Shown piece by piece: positions 10,612 to 21,049 of a stretch of 64,000 nt of DNA; positions within the stretch are counted from its first letter, which is position 1, and each line of letters opens with the position of its first letter. Both the position numbers and the translations under genes were made by a program. The DNA lies in the NCBI GenBank assembly GCA_963749495.1, contig CAVVMW010000004.1, positions 192,001-256,000 on the forward strand. The letters run 5' to 3'. Origin of the DNA: an uncultured bacterium. Lineage in GTDB: Bacteria > Verrucomicrobiota > Verrucomicrobiia > Limisphaerales > UBA8199. The notes under the pieces are model-generated. The model saw only the letters and a program-made list of their open reading frames with translations. It was not told the DNA's origin and ran no database searches.

Positions 10612-12006
10612 TCAGTCCTCAGGCCGTTCTCCTGCGGGCGCCATCTTCACGAGCTTGGGATCAAACTGGCCCAGGACGGTGACGAGGTCGCTCTGGGCGG
10701 CCATGACCTGATGGATGTTCTTGTACACCATGGGCACTTCATCCAGACCGGCGGAAATCAGCGTCACCCCTTGCTGACGCAGGAAGCGGTTGGCGTCCTT
10801 CCAGTTGAACTTTTCCTTCGCGGCCTTGCGGCTCATGACGCGGCCCGCCCCATGGGCAGCGGAGTTCAGGGATTCGGCGTTGCCTTTGCCGGCCACGACG
10901 AAGCCCGGCGACGCCATCGAACCGGGAATGATCCCCAGCATGCCCTGGCCGGCCGGTGTGGCGCCCTTGCGATGCACAATCACCTCACGTTCGACTCCGT
11001 TAATCACGTGCCGTTCTTTCCAGGCGAAGTTGTGATGGTTCTCGAGGTCCAGCAGCACCTCCGCGCCGAGGTTGGCCGCGACATATTTGTGGATCAGGGC
11101 GTGATTGGCGGCGGCGTAACGGCCCATTAACTCCATCGCCGCCCAGTATTCCTGGCCCTCTTGCGAATCCAGGGACAACCAGGCCAGCCGCTTGAGCTCG
11201 CTCGGCAAATCCGGGAACTGGCTGAAGGCGATTCTGCTGTAATAATCGCAAACCGCCGCTCCCGTGCCACGGCTGCCGCTATGCGAAAGCAGAGCAACAT
11301 AGGTCCCCGGCTCCAGGTCGCGAATGGCTCCATGAGCCGTGAAGAGGCCGAATTCCACAAAGTGGTTCCCGCTGCCGCTGGTGCCGAGCTGCAACCAGGC
11401 CCGGTCCTTGTTCTGTTGGGTGACGGGACTGCCGTTCCAATCCGCATCCATCACCTCATGATGACGGCGCTCCCTGAAGTTGGCGCCGACCCCAAAGCGG
11501 GTCTCGGCTTCAATCGCCCGGGTGAGCCAATCCCGGTGCCGTTCCAAGTCCCGCGCCGGGAGGTCCAGCACCGTCATCTTCATCCGGCAGGCAATGTCCA
11601 CGCCCACCGCATACGGAATGACCGTGTTCTCCGTGGCCAGCACTCCCCCAATCGGCAGACCGTAACCGACGTGGGCGTCCGGCATGAGGGCGCCCGCCAC
11701 CGCAACCGGCAGCAGGCAGGCCCGTTCCATCTGCATCACCGCCTCGTGTTCGAGACCCTCGCCCCATTGGCGGTATTTGATCGGCTCGCTCCGTGGCGGT
11801 GGCGGAGCCTTCAGCAGGGCCTTGGCAAATTCCCCGCGCAGGCTGTCGTTGGCGAAGGCAGATGGATTCGCGAGGACCGCTTTCACTTCCTCCTCCAGGC
11901 GGGTCTTGTCCCCGCCGGCGAGGATGAACTTGCTGATGAAATCGGTCGCCCGCCGGGTTGCCTCCCCCAGCGGCACGCCGAGACGGATAAAATCTTTTGT
12001 GTTCAT
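10612..12006 (-). CDS. rtcB: RNA-splicing/repair ligase RtcB
   Basis: MPDAHVGYGLPIGG, VGVDIAC, GTSGSGNHF, SHSGSRG, NHHN, HRKGA, AAHGAGR, DEVPMVYK motifs. Confidence 0.96.
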   Translation of the reverse strand: MNTKDFIRLGVPLGEATRRATDFISKFILAGGDKTRLEEEVKAVLANPSAFANDSLRGEFAKALLKAPPPPRSEPIKYRQWGEGLEHEAVMQMERACLLPVAVAGALMPDAHVGYGLPIGGVLATENTVIPYAVGVDIACRMKMTVLDLPARDLERHRDWLTRAIEAETRFGVGANFRERRHHEVMDADWNGSPVTQQNKDRAWLQLGTSGSGNHFVEFGLFTAHGAIRDLEPGTYVALLSHSGSRGTGAAVCDYYSRIAFSQFPDLPSELKRLAWLSLDSQEGQEYWAAMELMGRYAAANHALIHKYVAANLGAEVLLDLENHHNFAWKERHVINGVEREVIVHRKGATPAGQGMLGIIPGSMASPGFVVAGKGNAESLNSAAHGAGRVMSRKAAKEKFNWKDANRFLRQQGVTLISAGLDEVPMVYKNIHQVMAAQSDLVTVLGQFDPKLVKMAPAGERPED

Positions 12007-12043
12007 AGGCTCTTGCGCGACGCGGCGCTCTCTTTTCGGTCCA

Positions 12044-12460
12044 TCATGATCCAATGTGGCAAGGACAGCCTGGTTGCGCGAGCCGCATTTGGGGCTGCGG
12101 CGGTAGGGCCGCCATTGCTGGCGGCCCTACCCCTTTTTCGTCCTCGACGAACATCTCCCAGTCCTCGATACCGTGGGCATTCCGGATGAACGCCGAAATG
12201 GGCAACTCCCTCGGCGCACGGGGGATGGAAAGGAGCTTCAGGCCCGCCTCGTGCGGGAGGCGGTCGGCCTTGCGCCGGTTCACTTCCTTGGCCGACTAGG
12301 CCAGCTTCTCCCAGGCGTCCTCGCCACCACGCGAGCGCGGCACAACGTGGTCCAGGCTTCCCTCCTCCGGGCGCAGGATGCAGCCTGTGCATTGGCATCG
12401 ATTGCCGTCGCGTTGGCGAATGGCGCGGGCGCAGAGCCTCGGACGCTTCCTGGGCACCCT
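12044..12460 (-). pseudogene. HNH endonuclease remnant (5'-truncated, frameshifted near 12296)
   Basis: RDGNRCQCTG...SLDHVVPRSRGG.DAWE continues in another frame as VNRRKADRLPHEAGL. Confidence 0.8.
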
Positions 12461-12505
12461 TGTGCCACTCTCTGTCAAAATCTTCTTTTTGGAAAAACTC
12501 TTCGG

Positions 12506-12564
12506 CCACGGATTACGCGGATGGCACGGATAAAAGAAATCGGTGCCATCCGTGCCATCCGTGG
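12506..12564. repeat. Inverted pair of 9-nt-periodic repeats
   Basis: CCACGGATTACGCGGATGGCACGGAT ... ATCGGTGCCATCCGTGCCATCCGTGG. Confidence 0.75.
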
Positions 12565-12758
12565 TTAATTCCTTTCCCCGGTTGCGGCTTTGCCGCGCTG
12601 GCTAGTTTACCGCCACAATGGCGGTCGGCAAGCGGATTTGGCCACGAACGTTCTGCACCGCCTCGTCCTGGTCACGCATGGGCAGGGTGATCCACTTGAT
12701 CAATATACTACTCATAAAAGGTATTGCGTGTATCGTTCTACGTTGCTACCCATCACCC

Positions 12759-13403
12759 ATGACCAGATACGAAAAGGCTGCCCACAACAGGGAGACGGCT
12801 GCTTCCCTTAATGCAAAGTGGGGTGTTGGTGCGGTCCAGTGTCACTACAGGGAAACTGGCAATTGGTATCACAAGCTCAGCCGCTTTCCTGCCGCCCTAT
12901 TTGACGCTCACGGTTACATTCTGTTTCCAACAGAGGAGGCCTATCGGGCTTTGCCTGGGATTCAAACCGGCAAGGAAATCGGTGTTCCAAGGGGGATTTC
13001 GGCGCTACCCGGTTATATGCCCTTCCCAGACCTAGGCGCATCGCCCACCTGCGACTTGGACATTCACTCCGACGCAGCCACCGAGGGGCACAGGCGGCTG
13101 GTCCTGCACCTTGAGCGCGAGCGCAATCAAAATGTCGTGCGCGAAAAGAAGAAACACGCGGCGTCGTTTAACTGCGAGGTGTGCAACTTCTCTTTTGGTG
13201 CCGCATATGGCAGCGCCGCAAGGGACTATTGCAAGGTCCATCACTTGCTGCCATTGTCCGATGTCAAGCACAGCACCCGAACGCGACTGAAGGACCTCGC
13301 GATCCTGTGCGCTAACTGCCATCGCGTCGTTCATCTGCAAAACCCGCCTTACACCCTGGGACAAGTCAAGAGCATGCTGGAGGGCGGGCCGCTGGATGGT
13401 TGA
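12759..13403 (+). CDS. HNH endonuclease (McrA-like) with an N-terminal domain
   Basis: EG..RLVLH..RERN, CEVC, VHHLLPL, LCANCHRVVH motifs. Confidence 0.85.
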   Translation: MTRYEKAAHNRETAASLNAKWGVGAVQCHYRETGNWYHKLSRFPAALFDAHGYILFPTEEAYRALPGIQTGKEIGVPRGISALPGYMPFPDLGASPTCDLDIHSDAATEGHRRLVLHLERERNQNVVREKKKHAASFNCEVCNFSFGAAYGSAARDYCKVHHLLPLSDVKHSTRTRLKDLAILCANCHRVVHLQNPPYTLGQVKSMLEGGPLDG

Positions 13404-13482
13404 GGGAGAAGGGAAGCCTCAGTGTGCATGCCGGTCCACTTGCGCAGATCTTTTCCACAACAGCCATTGGGCCGCGCGGTAA

Positions 13483-13692
13483 GGGCTCGTGCAAGAATTA
13501 ATTCCGGTTTTCTTGTCCGCAGGCTTAGCGAAAGCGCGGGAATGCCACGCACCCCAGACGCTTCGCGATTTCGCCGGCGCGTCCGGGCTTCGAGAAGCGT
13601 CTGAAGTGCGGCGCATCCCGCCGCTCTCTTGTCGGCAGCTTCAGAATATTGGAATTGCGCCTCAATCCCGGTCTCTATTCTTGCATAGGCCC
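13483..13692. mobile_element. MITE-like element with TIRs enclosing a REP-like palindrome
   Basis: GGGCTCGTGCAAGAAT / ATTCTTGCATAGGCCC termini, TAA on both flanks; internal AAAGCGCGGGAATGCC..GCAC motif also occurs at ~34171. Confidence 0.65.
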
Positions 13693-13806
13693 TAATTTGG
13701 TATCCTCGAAGTCATGCAAAACCTCCACAGCTATAGGGGCGCCGGAGCTTGCAGTCCGCCAGTTTTTAGGCGGGACGCGTGCATGTTTAGAGAGGCTTGA
13801 CTGGGC

Positions 13807-14061
13807 ATGTGCCGATGGCTGGGGCTGCCGGCGCTTCTATCGATTCCATTGTCCGGGGCGGCCCAGGAGCCGCCCTCGCTGCTGCTCAACGGCGATTTCG
13901 AGCAAGGCGCCGAGGCCGGGGTGCCGTGCTGGAGTTTGCAGGTCTGGCCGGAGGCGGGAGCCCCCGGGTTGAACGGCGCGCTGGCGCGTTCCAACGCCCG
14001 TGCCCGGACGGGCCTATGGGGCCTGCGCATCGATGCGCAGCCGCTCCTGGGTGGAACTTAA
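13807..14061 (+). pseudogene. Truncated secreted protein with CBM-like start
   Basis: Signal peptide, then LLNGDFEQG...ARTG...LRID; stops after 84 aa. Confidence 0.5.
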
Positions 14062-14140
14062 GGCGCTGGTGGCACGCGCTGTTGAGGGACACGAGGTTCT
14101 TTGATCTTGCCCGAAGGCATATGGGGTTTAGAGTGCTGGT

Positions 14141-14371
14141 ATGAACGCTGTGGCAAAAAGGCAATTGTTGGAGCTCAGTGAAAAGCTGCCAGCCGAACAA
14201 GTCCGTGAAGTGGTTGATTTTGCGGAGTTCCTGGCTGCGAAGTCTGCTGCTGGCGTGCGGGCCGGCACCGTCAAAGGATCTAAGGCCCTGCGCCGATACA
14301 TCCGGGGCCTAAACAATGGCGCACTCTCCCGTGGCATTGACGAGGAGTTGTATGGCCGGGTTGTTTGTTGA
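14141..14371 (+). CDS. Putative antitoxin (DUF2281-like)
   Basis: LPAEQVREVVDFAEFL motif; overlaps the PIN gene. Confidence 0.75.
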   Translation: MNAVAKRQLLELSEKLPAEQVREVVDFAEFLAAKSAAGVRAGTVKGSKALRRYIRGLNNGALSRGIDEELYGRVVC

Positions 14372-14777
14372 CACATGGGGCTGGCTGGCCGCACGCGACA
14401 AAGGCGATGCGGGGCACGGCGCAGCGGTAAGCGCGCTCGACAGCGCCTTGGCGGCCGAAGAGGCGGTGGTCACTACTGATTACGTTCTGGACGAGACGTT
14501 CACGTTGTTGTTCCGCCGGCTATCGGCTTCCAAGGCGAGGGAATCGGTGCAGTCTCTGGCCGCGGCGGTGGAGGAGGGCTCGGTCTTGCTCGTGCCTGTC
14601 AACCTGACCCGGTTCCGCGAGGCGTTGAAGCTGCGGTTGAAGTACAAGGACAAACCTGAGATCTCGTTTACGGATTTCACCTCCATGGTCGTCATGCGGG
14701 ACTTGGGGCTGAAGCGCGTGTTGACCGAAGATCGGCATTTCGCACAGGTCGGCATGGGCTTCGAGCGCGTGCCGTAA
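14352..14777 (+). CDS. vapC: PIN-domain (VapC-type) toxin
   Basis: FVDT, VLDETFT, SFTDFTS, LTEDRHF acidic tetrad. Confidence 0.9.
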   Translation: MAGLFVDTWGWLAARDKGDAGHGAAVSALDSALAAEEAVVTTDYVLDETFTLLFRRLSASKARESVQSLAAAVEEGSVLLVPVNLTRFREALKLRLKYKDKPEISFTDFTSMVVMRDLGLKRVLTEDRHFAQVGMGFERVP

Positions 14778-15012
14778 ACCGCCTCGGTCAAAGCAGGGCC
14801 GTCCGGCTTGGCGGACGTTCGGTTCGAGGCCGCGGGAAATAGATTTCCGCGGCCTCGGCGGCTTTGGGCAGGATAGACAAGGCGACCCGAGCGGCTATGA
14901 TGGCGTGCATTCTTGGGCAAGCGTTGCGCATGGCGTCCGGTTTACCAACCCTCGAACCGGAAGGACAATCACTGACATCTCACCTGCGTCCGGCTGGCTT
15001 CCCGCGCTCCTC

Positions 15013-16686
15013 TCATAGAGGGCTATCCACACGCTTGAAGCGGCAGACGCGTTTTCCCATCGTGGCACCGGAAGCGTCCATCAGCTCCACCTTGGCTTCG
15101 TAGTCCCCAGGGGCCAGCGCGGCCGCCGGGAACAGAAACCGGCAGCCTGTCAGTGACGCCGGCACGACTAAAGTAATTCCTTCAGTCGAGGCGGGCGCCG
15201 CGCCAGCGACGAAAGGGGCGGTGAGCGCCAGGATGTTGCGGCCGCTGCCCGTAATGGTGAACCGCACCTGTTGCGGCCGCGCGCGTTTTGCGATGGTGAC
15301 CATGGCCTCGCCCACGCGGTCCTCCGCGTCATAGGCCGCTTGGTCGAGCGAAAGGCCCATGGCGGGCGGCACGACCTCTCTCAAGCTCAAGTCATCCACC
15401 CACAACGTGCCCATGCCCGGCAACCAGACGGCAAGGTAATTGGGCTGCGCCGGGCCGGTCGTCTCGAAGCGCATCCAAATGCGTCGCCACCCGTCAGGTT
15501 GCGCGGGGTCCTGCCCGGCCCGTGTGGAGCGGACGGCGGGCGACGGGATGTTCACGCGCAGCTCAGGCGGGGTGGAACGGTTCTTGAGCTTCACCCAGAC
15601 TGACATCTCGTAGGTCTTGTCGCCCGCCAGTGCCAGGTTGAGACCGCCCCCGCCCCACTGGGGCCACACGAGCACCGTGATGGCGGCGTCTCCGTTCTCG
15701 ACGGGCACGTCCACCCGCAGGGAACGGGTTCCGCTGTGGTGCTCCGCGGTGTCCAGCCGGCCAGTCCCTTTCCCTTTCCACGCCTCCACGCGCCACGGCC
15801 CCGCGTCCTTCTCGAAGTCCGAGGCCGGCAGGAACTCGGCGGCATAAGCCGGCGGCTCTGTGTCCTCACGTGCCCACTAGGCCCACTGGGCGATGCTCTG
15901 AGCGGCGGTGTGCCACCCGTAGAAGCCGAAGAAGAAGCGGGCGCCCGCGGGCGTGGGGCCGGCGCCGTTGTAGATGCCCCACGGTTTGCCGCGCTCCAGG
16001 AGCGCCCGCGCGAGATCCGGGTTCAACCGGTTGGAACATAAGTAGTCCACCACGGGCGACAGGCGGCCGATCTCGTCATGGCCCATGGCGATGCCGCCGC
16101 CGATGTCGGTGGTCGTGGGCAAGTCCGGCGCGCGGCGCTTGAGCAGGCCATAGTAATAGACTGCCTGCTCCAGCAGGAAGGGCCGCCACCGCCACGTGCG
16201 TGCCATGGCGTCCACGATTTCACGAACCGGCCGCGCCACCCGAACGTCCACCTGATCGGCCGGGATCACCGCACTGTCCCCGCTTCGCAGTGGGCCCGCC
16301 TGGACAGTGACCTGCGCCAGGTCCTCCAGCGGCCAAAACGCGAATGTGAGCGGCTCGTATTGGCCGCGCGCTGCAACGCAATGCACTGATTCGGTGCGCA
16401 GCGCCGCGGATGGCGCCGTCCTCAACAGCGCCGGCGCCATCGGGTCCAGGGCAAAAACAACAAACCCGCGTCGCTTTTCGTCCTCCGTCGGGGTCAGCGT
16501 GGCCAGCCCTTCGCTGGCTGGCTGCAACTCAGTCCAGTCCATCGGTGCCTTCGCCAGCATGGGGCCTTGGCTCCCCCATACCTGGAACTGCGCCGGTGGC
16601 TGACACACCGCGCCCGGCGCCAGACCCAGCAGAGAGGTGGCGACGGCAGCTAACTTTCGGGTTAAGTTGAGGGTCATCGTGCTCAT
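15013..16686 (-). pseudogene. Secreted glycoside hydrolase/CBM-like protein with internal deletions and an in-frame TAG at 15877-15879
   Basis: Signal peptide at 16686; AARGQYEP N-domain; abrupt junction RPFLLEQ|AVYYY; same frame resumes after TAG into SDFE...HSGTRSLRV...LWVDDLSL CBM-like domain. Confidence 0.55.
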
Positions 16687-18329
16687 GAATGCAGTTCCGG
16701 CAACAGCGCGCTTTCCAGGCCACCCAACCTCACTTCCCGGCTTTTCGCCCCGCAACGGACGAGGAAGGTCGTTGGTTCCGCGCGCACATTCCACAGCAGC
16801 GCCGCGCGTGCCGATGGATACCACGCCATTACCGCCGGCTCGTCGTTCTCCACAAAAGGCACTTTGCGCAGCGTCGGCCGGATGCGGTGTTTCAAGGCGA
16901 AGAGGGCGGCCAAGGTTTCTTCGCAGGGCTCGAGCACTCCGGTGGTGACTGGAGCCGTCGAACGGCTTACGAACCGGGTGCCGCTTGAGACCAGTTTTCC
17001 TTCGGTTGCCGCTGCGGCATCGGCATCCGACAGGAAGGTCCAGCCCTCCCGCGCGGGCTGACCCGTGACCTCGAAGGGCACGCCCGCTGCCAGGAACAGG
17101 CTCAATGGACGGTCCTCCCCGGTGTAACGGCTGGCCTCACCCCAGTAATGCTTGAAAGGTCCGCGCAGCCGATGCCCCGCCAACCGCCTGTGAAACCCGG
17201 CCTGGCGCTGCATCTCGGGACCCAGCGTGGCCCAGTGGGTCTTCGGAAAGGGCGTGATCCCGCTCATGAACATCGTGTGCCGCACATCGGCCACGGTGGA
17301 CATCACGAGCTTGGCCGCGAGATGCCCGGCGGAAAGTTTGTCCGCCGGGTAGGCCGTGGTCTCGCTCCAGGCGGATTCCGGCGCCGCAAAACGGCGGTGA
17401 AACAACACGCTGAACAATTCGTCGGTTTTCCCTTTCACCGCGCTGAATGCCTGGTCGTCAAACATCAGTTCACCGACCCGCAACGGCACACCCCGGTACT
17501 CTGCCAGGCGGATGCCCGCCTTTTCCGCGCCGAGGTACATTACCATGATCCCCAAGTCGCCGCCGGCCGCTTTCTGCTGCGCCCGGAATGAACCGGTCAA
17601 ATCGTCGCAGGCAAACTCCACCCACTGCCGAAGGAGCGGTGTGAGGCGGCGGGAGCGCGCGTCATCCAACAGCTCGGGCCAACGGCGGCCGGGCAAACCC
17701 GTCCGGCGCAGAAACCGGGGGCGATGTTCTGCGCAAAAACAACCGCCGATCTCGCCCGGCCCACGGGCCAGGCGGAAATCGTCGTCGAGGAAGAACTGCG
17801 AGAAGCCCGCGCGGCGCAGCTTGCGCAGTGCTTCGGCGTTTTCCTCCGTCGCCGGCGCGTGCACAGAAGTGCCCGCGTAGGGTCTCCCGTCCCGGCTCGA
17901 TCCCAAGCGCCAGTGGGCTGGGGGAGTTAGCGGGAAGTCCCCATCCCGGGCGCCGAGGGAATCGCCCGGATGTCCGAGCGGCACGTTGATCACCCTGGCT
18001 TCGAGCCCGGCGAGGCGCAGCGCCTCACGCGCGCGAGTCAGGGCCTCGATCGGCCAGGGCCAATGCCCGTAAAAGAAGCCGGCCAGCCACACACAAGATA
18101 CTCCTGCCCGGGCCACCAGGGCCGGCAAATCAGGGTCCTGCAAAACGGACTGTGGGTTGAGGCACAAATGGTATTCGCGGGCTCTGGCCGCCCGCCCGGC
18201 CCAGGCGTGCCAGGGCAAGAACGCGCCGGTCAGCGAGGCCAACGCTGTGAGCCCGATGCAGCGGCGGCGCGTCATGCCGCCGAATCCGGAGCTTGCCCCG
18301 GAAGCGTCAACTGAGACTGAGCTTTTCAT
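16683..18329 (-). CDS. Tat-exported putative glycoside-hydrolase-like (TIM-barrel) protein
   Basis: TRRRCIGL twin-arginine signal; FFLDDDFRL...GGCFC..H motif; start uncertain (18386/18329/18275). Confidence 0.6.
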   Translation of the reverse strand: MKSSVSVDASGASSGFGGMTRRRCIGLTALASLTGAFLPWHAWAGRAARAREYHLCLNPQSVLQDPDLPALVARAGVSCVWLAGFFYGHWPWPIEALTRAREALRLAGLEARVINVPLGHPGDSLGARDGDFPLTPPAHWRLGSSRDGRPYAGTSVHAPATEENAEALRKLRRAGFSQFFLDDDFRLARGPGEIGGCFCAEHRPRFLRRTGLPGRRWPELLDDARSRRLTPLLRQWVEFACDDLTGSFRAQQKAAGGDLGIMVMYLGAEKAGIRLAEYRGVPLRVGELMFDDQAFSAVKGKTDELFSVLFHRRFAAPESAWSETTAYPADKLSAGHLAAKLVMSTVADVRHTMFMSGITPFPKTHWATLGPEMQRQAGFHRRLAGHRLRGPFKHYWGEASRYTGEDRPLSLFLAAGVPFEVTGQPAREGWTFLSDADAAAATEGKLVSSGTRFVSRSTAPVTTGVLEPCEETLAALFALKHRIRPTLRKVPFVENDEPAVMAWYPSARAALLWNVRAEPTTFLVRCGAKSREVRLGGLESALLPELHS

Positions 18330-18382
18330 CGAACTGGCACCCGATAATCCAACCTCCAACGGCCAAAGCAAACCGAACTTGT

Positions 18383-18637
18383 TCATGCGATGGGACCTTT
18401 CTCTAATTGGGCTGAGGATGAGGGCAGAGCCTCAGTCTCTGCGTGACCCAGACGATGCTCCAGAATGTCGCCAGGCTGGCACTGGAGAATCCGGCAGACG
18501 GCATCGAGGGTCGAAAACCGAATCGCCCTGGCCTTGCCGGTTTGGAGGACCGACAGATTCTGGGGCGTGGTTCCTATGGCTTCGGCAAGGTCATTGAGCC
18601 GCATCTTCCGCTTGGCTAACATCACGTCCAGATTCAC
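18383..18637 (-). CDS. XRE-family HTH regulator (YozG-like), 5' end possibly clipped
   Basis: VNLDVMLAKRKM...NLSVLQTGKARAIRFSTL...CQPGDILE. Confidence 0.75.
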   Translation of the reverse strand: MNLDVMLAKRKMRLNDLAEAIGTTPQNLSVLQTGKARAIRFSTLDAVCRILQCQPGDILEHRLGHAETEALPSSSAQLEKGPIA

Positions 18638-18654
18638 CTCGCACGACCCGCAGG

Positions 18655-19710
18655 TTACGGTTGCGGCGGTATGAGCGCTTCGCGAATGGGCTGGACCCAT
18701 TTCTGGTTCACCATGTCGAAGAGCACAAAATCCCCGGCGAATTGCCAATAGGCCCAGCTCCAACCCTGCTTCTCGGCTTGGCGGGCCACAAAGGCCGTCC
18801 AGCGAGCCCGCGAAGCCATGTCCCCCTTTTCGTAGGCCCCAAATTCACCCAGATAGATGGGGCGGTTCTGCCGCCCGGCCCAGGCCCGCACCTGCTCAAA
18901 ATCCTGCTCGATCGCCTGACGCTCCTGTTCCGTGCCTTGCCAGGCGACACCCGTTTTGTCCCTTTGCCCGGTCCAGGGCGTTCCCTGGTGGGTGAACGCG
19001 AACGGGTCATAATAATGGAAGGTGACGATGAGATTCCGGTCTTCCTCGGGCAGGTGCAGCGACTCCAACTGCTTGAAACCGTTCCACGGGTCAGGCCCGA
19101 TAATCACGGTGCGCGCCGGATTGGATGCCCGGATGATGGCCAGGGCCTCGTGCCAATAATTGCTCCAGGATTGGTGGGTGAACTTGGGGGCCGGCTCGTT
19201 GAGGATCTCGAACAACACTTGCGGCGGACGCCCTTGGCAATGGTTGGCAATGGCGGTCCAACTCGCCAGGAAGTCGCTTTTCCTGCCGGCGGGATCGGGT
19301 GAAATCGCCAGGTCATCGTGATAATCGAGGACCACCAGCAGCGTGTTGGCCAGGGCCTGGTCGATGGCCCAATCGAGGGTTGTGAAAAACTCGGGCCGCA
19401 GGTTGCCCTGGGCGTCGGGCCTGCCATCGCGCAGCGGGTGGAGATTGATGCGCACGTGGCTGAACCCGGCTTCGTGGATCAGCTTGAAATGTTCATCCTT
19501 GAACTGGCCGCGGGCGCGATCCCGCCAAAGCGCGTCCCAGCCGATGATGTTCACGCCCCGCCCCAGCCGTTGGTTTTGCCGGAAGGCGTCCGCAGCGGTG
19601 ACGGGAATCAGGCAGGTGAGCGTGATCGCCGCCAAGGCGGCAGCCACAACGGGTTTCATCCGGCTTGGAACGGTGAGCCAATGTCGAGCAGTCGCGGCAG
19701 TCATATTCAT
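18655..19710 (-). CDS. Glycoside hydrolase family 5 (endoglucanase/mannanase-like)
   Basis: GRGVN, HVRI, FEILNEP acid/base, HYY, LGEFG nucleophile, WAYW; signal peptide. Confidence 0.92.
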   Translation of the reverse strand: MNMTAATARHWLTVPSRMKPVVAAALAAITLTCLIPVTAADAFRQNQRLGRGVNIIGWDALWRDRARGQFKDEHFKLIHEAGFSHVRINLHPLRDGRPDAQGNLRPEFFTTLDWAIDQALANTLLVVLDYHDDLAISPDPAGRKSDFLASWTAIANHCQGRPPQVLFEILNEPAPKFTHQSWSNYWHEALAIIRASNPARTVIIGPDPWNGFKQLESLHLPEEDRNLIVTFHYYDPFAFTHQGTPWTGQRDKTGVAWQGTEQERQAIEQDFEQVRAWAGRQNRPIYLGEFGAYEKGDMASRARWTAFVARQAEKQGWSWAYWQFAGDFVLFDMVNQKWVQPIREALIPPQP

Positions 19711-19766
19711 CGGGTGAGGGAATCATCGGGCGAGGAGCGGCGCAAGCCCAACCTGCATCATCCGGG

Positions 19767-20100
19767 TTAGCGGCTCTGGGCGAAAACCTCCGGGACATGC
19801 ACTGTGGTCACATCCCACACGACCCTGAGGTCCACGTTGGCATAGTCATGCGCTACCATATTACGCATCCCGCGCATCTTTCGGAACGGGAGTTCGGGGA
19901 TGGCTTGCCGGGTTTCCTCTGTCAGGTGCACCGCCGCTTCACGGATGATTTCGGTGCGGCGGATGATGGCATCCTATCGACATCACGCTCGGCGGTGGCC
20001 AGGCCCTTGGCCGCGGACCCGAACACCTCCAGGGGACAGATGCGGCGCTTCTCGCAGAAGGGCTGGAGCACCATCCGCATTTCCGCGAGCGAGAGTGGAG
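19767..20100 (-). pseudogene. Collapsed MNT-HEPN (DUF86/HepT) toxin-antitoxin remnant
   Basis: MNT start LEVFGSAAKG...DVD joined at ~19975 to DAIIRRTEIIREAA...MRGMRNMVAHDY (HEPN Rx4H motif). Confidence 0.75.
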
Positions 20101-20113
20101 ACTGAGGTTGGCC

Positions 20114-21034
20114 CTAAATTGCGAGGTCCAATGGCAGGTCGCTGATGTCTCTGACACGTTTGCCATTGACCAGCGTGCTCAGGCTTCTGTGCTGGTCGGA
20201 CTTGCCGAGGGTCTGAACTTCCTCTACGGCGGCCCTGAGTTCGGGAAGCGCGATGTGGTAAACGCAGTCGAGATCGCTCGTTCCGAGCGCGAGCGACGCG
20301 AGGCGCGACGGGAGCGGTTCGGCTGTGATGGCGACTATATGGGGCACGCGGCCTTTGCGGTTGCGGATAAGATTGAGGGCTTCGGAGCGGGCGTTCTGTG
20401 CCCTGTCACTGCGGAGTGTCCACTTGCAGGAGACGCTGGCGTGCAGGAGGAGTATTTCATGTTCGATCTCCTTGCCTCTGAGTCTCGTGCGAACATTCGG
20501 GCGGTTTAGTCGCCGGAGTGGCGTGAGCCTGGCGAATGCCTCGTCGGCGACATTGAGGGGGCCGTTGAGCCTGTCCTCTGATTCGGGGCGGCGGAGGACG
20601 ATGACGTCGGGAGTAATAAGGTAGTCTGAGCCGAGGGCGGCGCTGACTTCGGGGTCGGACTCGATTATGGCCATGAGCTTGGCGAGGTGCTCGTACTGCT
20701 CGAAGTTGGAAATTTCAACTGAGGCGCTGGATCTGCGGTCGCGGATTTCCCAATCGCCTGGCCGCAGATGGGCGAGCTTGAGGAAGGTGGCGCGCAGGAA
20801 GTCGGCGACCGCCTGCTCGAATTTCTTGCCGGATGTTTGGCCCGCCTCCTTGATCTGCGTGAGTGCGTTGCCGATCTGGTGGACGATGCCTTTCGCGAAG
20901 GCGATGCTTGCTTCGCTGTCGCGGTCGGCAATGTTGGGGACGCCTTCCCGGTCTAAGGTAAGGATTCCTTTGAGAAGCGCGCGGTGGAACTGCACACGGG
21001 CGGCAGTTATCAACGCAGGACTATTTTGTGGCAT
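20114..21034 (-). CDS. NgoMIV-family type II restriction endonuclease
   Basis: AGQTSGKKFE, DYLITPD, LHASVSCKWTLRSDRAQNARSEALNLIRNRKG signature. Confidence 0.9.
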   Translation of the reverse strand: MPQNSPALITAARVQFHRALLKGILTLDREGVPNIADRDSEASIAFAKGIVHQIGNALTQIKEAGQTSGKKFEQAVADFLRATFLKLAHLRPGDWEIRDRRSSASVEISNFEQYEHLAKLMAIIESDPEVSAALGSDYLITPDVIVLRRPESEDRLNGPLNVADEAFARLTPLRRLNRPNVRTRLRGKEIEHEILLLHASVSCKWTLRSDRAQNARSEALNLIRNRKGRVPHIVAITAEPLPSRLASLALGTSDLDCVYHIALPELRAAVEEVQTLGKSDQHRSLSTLVNGKRVRDISDLPLDLAI

Positions 21035-21049
21035 TGGTGGTGTTGGGGG

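Noticed and set aside
12102..12138. Hairpin plus T-run as an intrinsic terminator or Y RNA/tRNA
   Set aside because: The T-run is on the plus strand where no gene ends; no cloverleaf or Y-RNA stem recognisable
15877..15879. In-frame TAG as pyrrolysine or readthrough
   Set aside because: No pyl genes in view, and the gene shows other deletion junctions; the stop is better explained by decay
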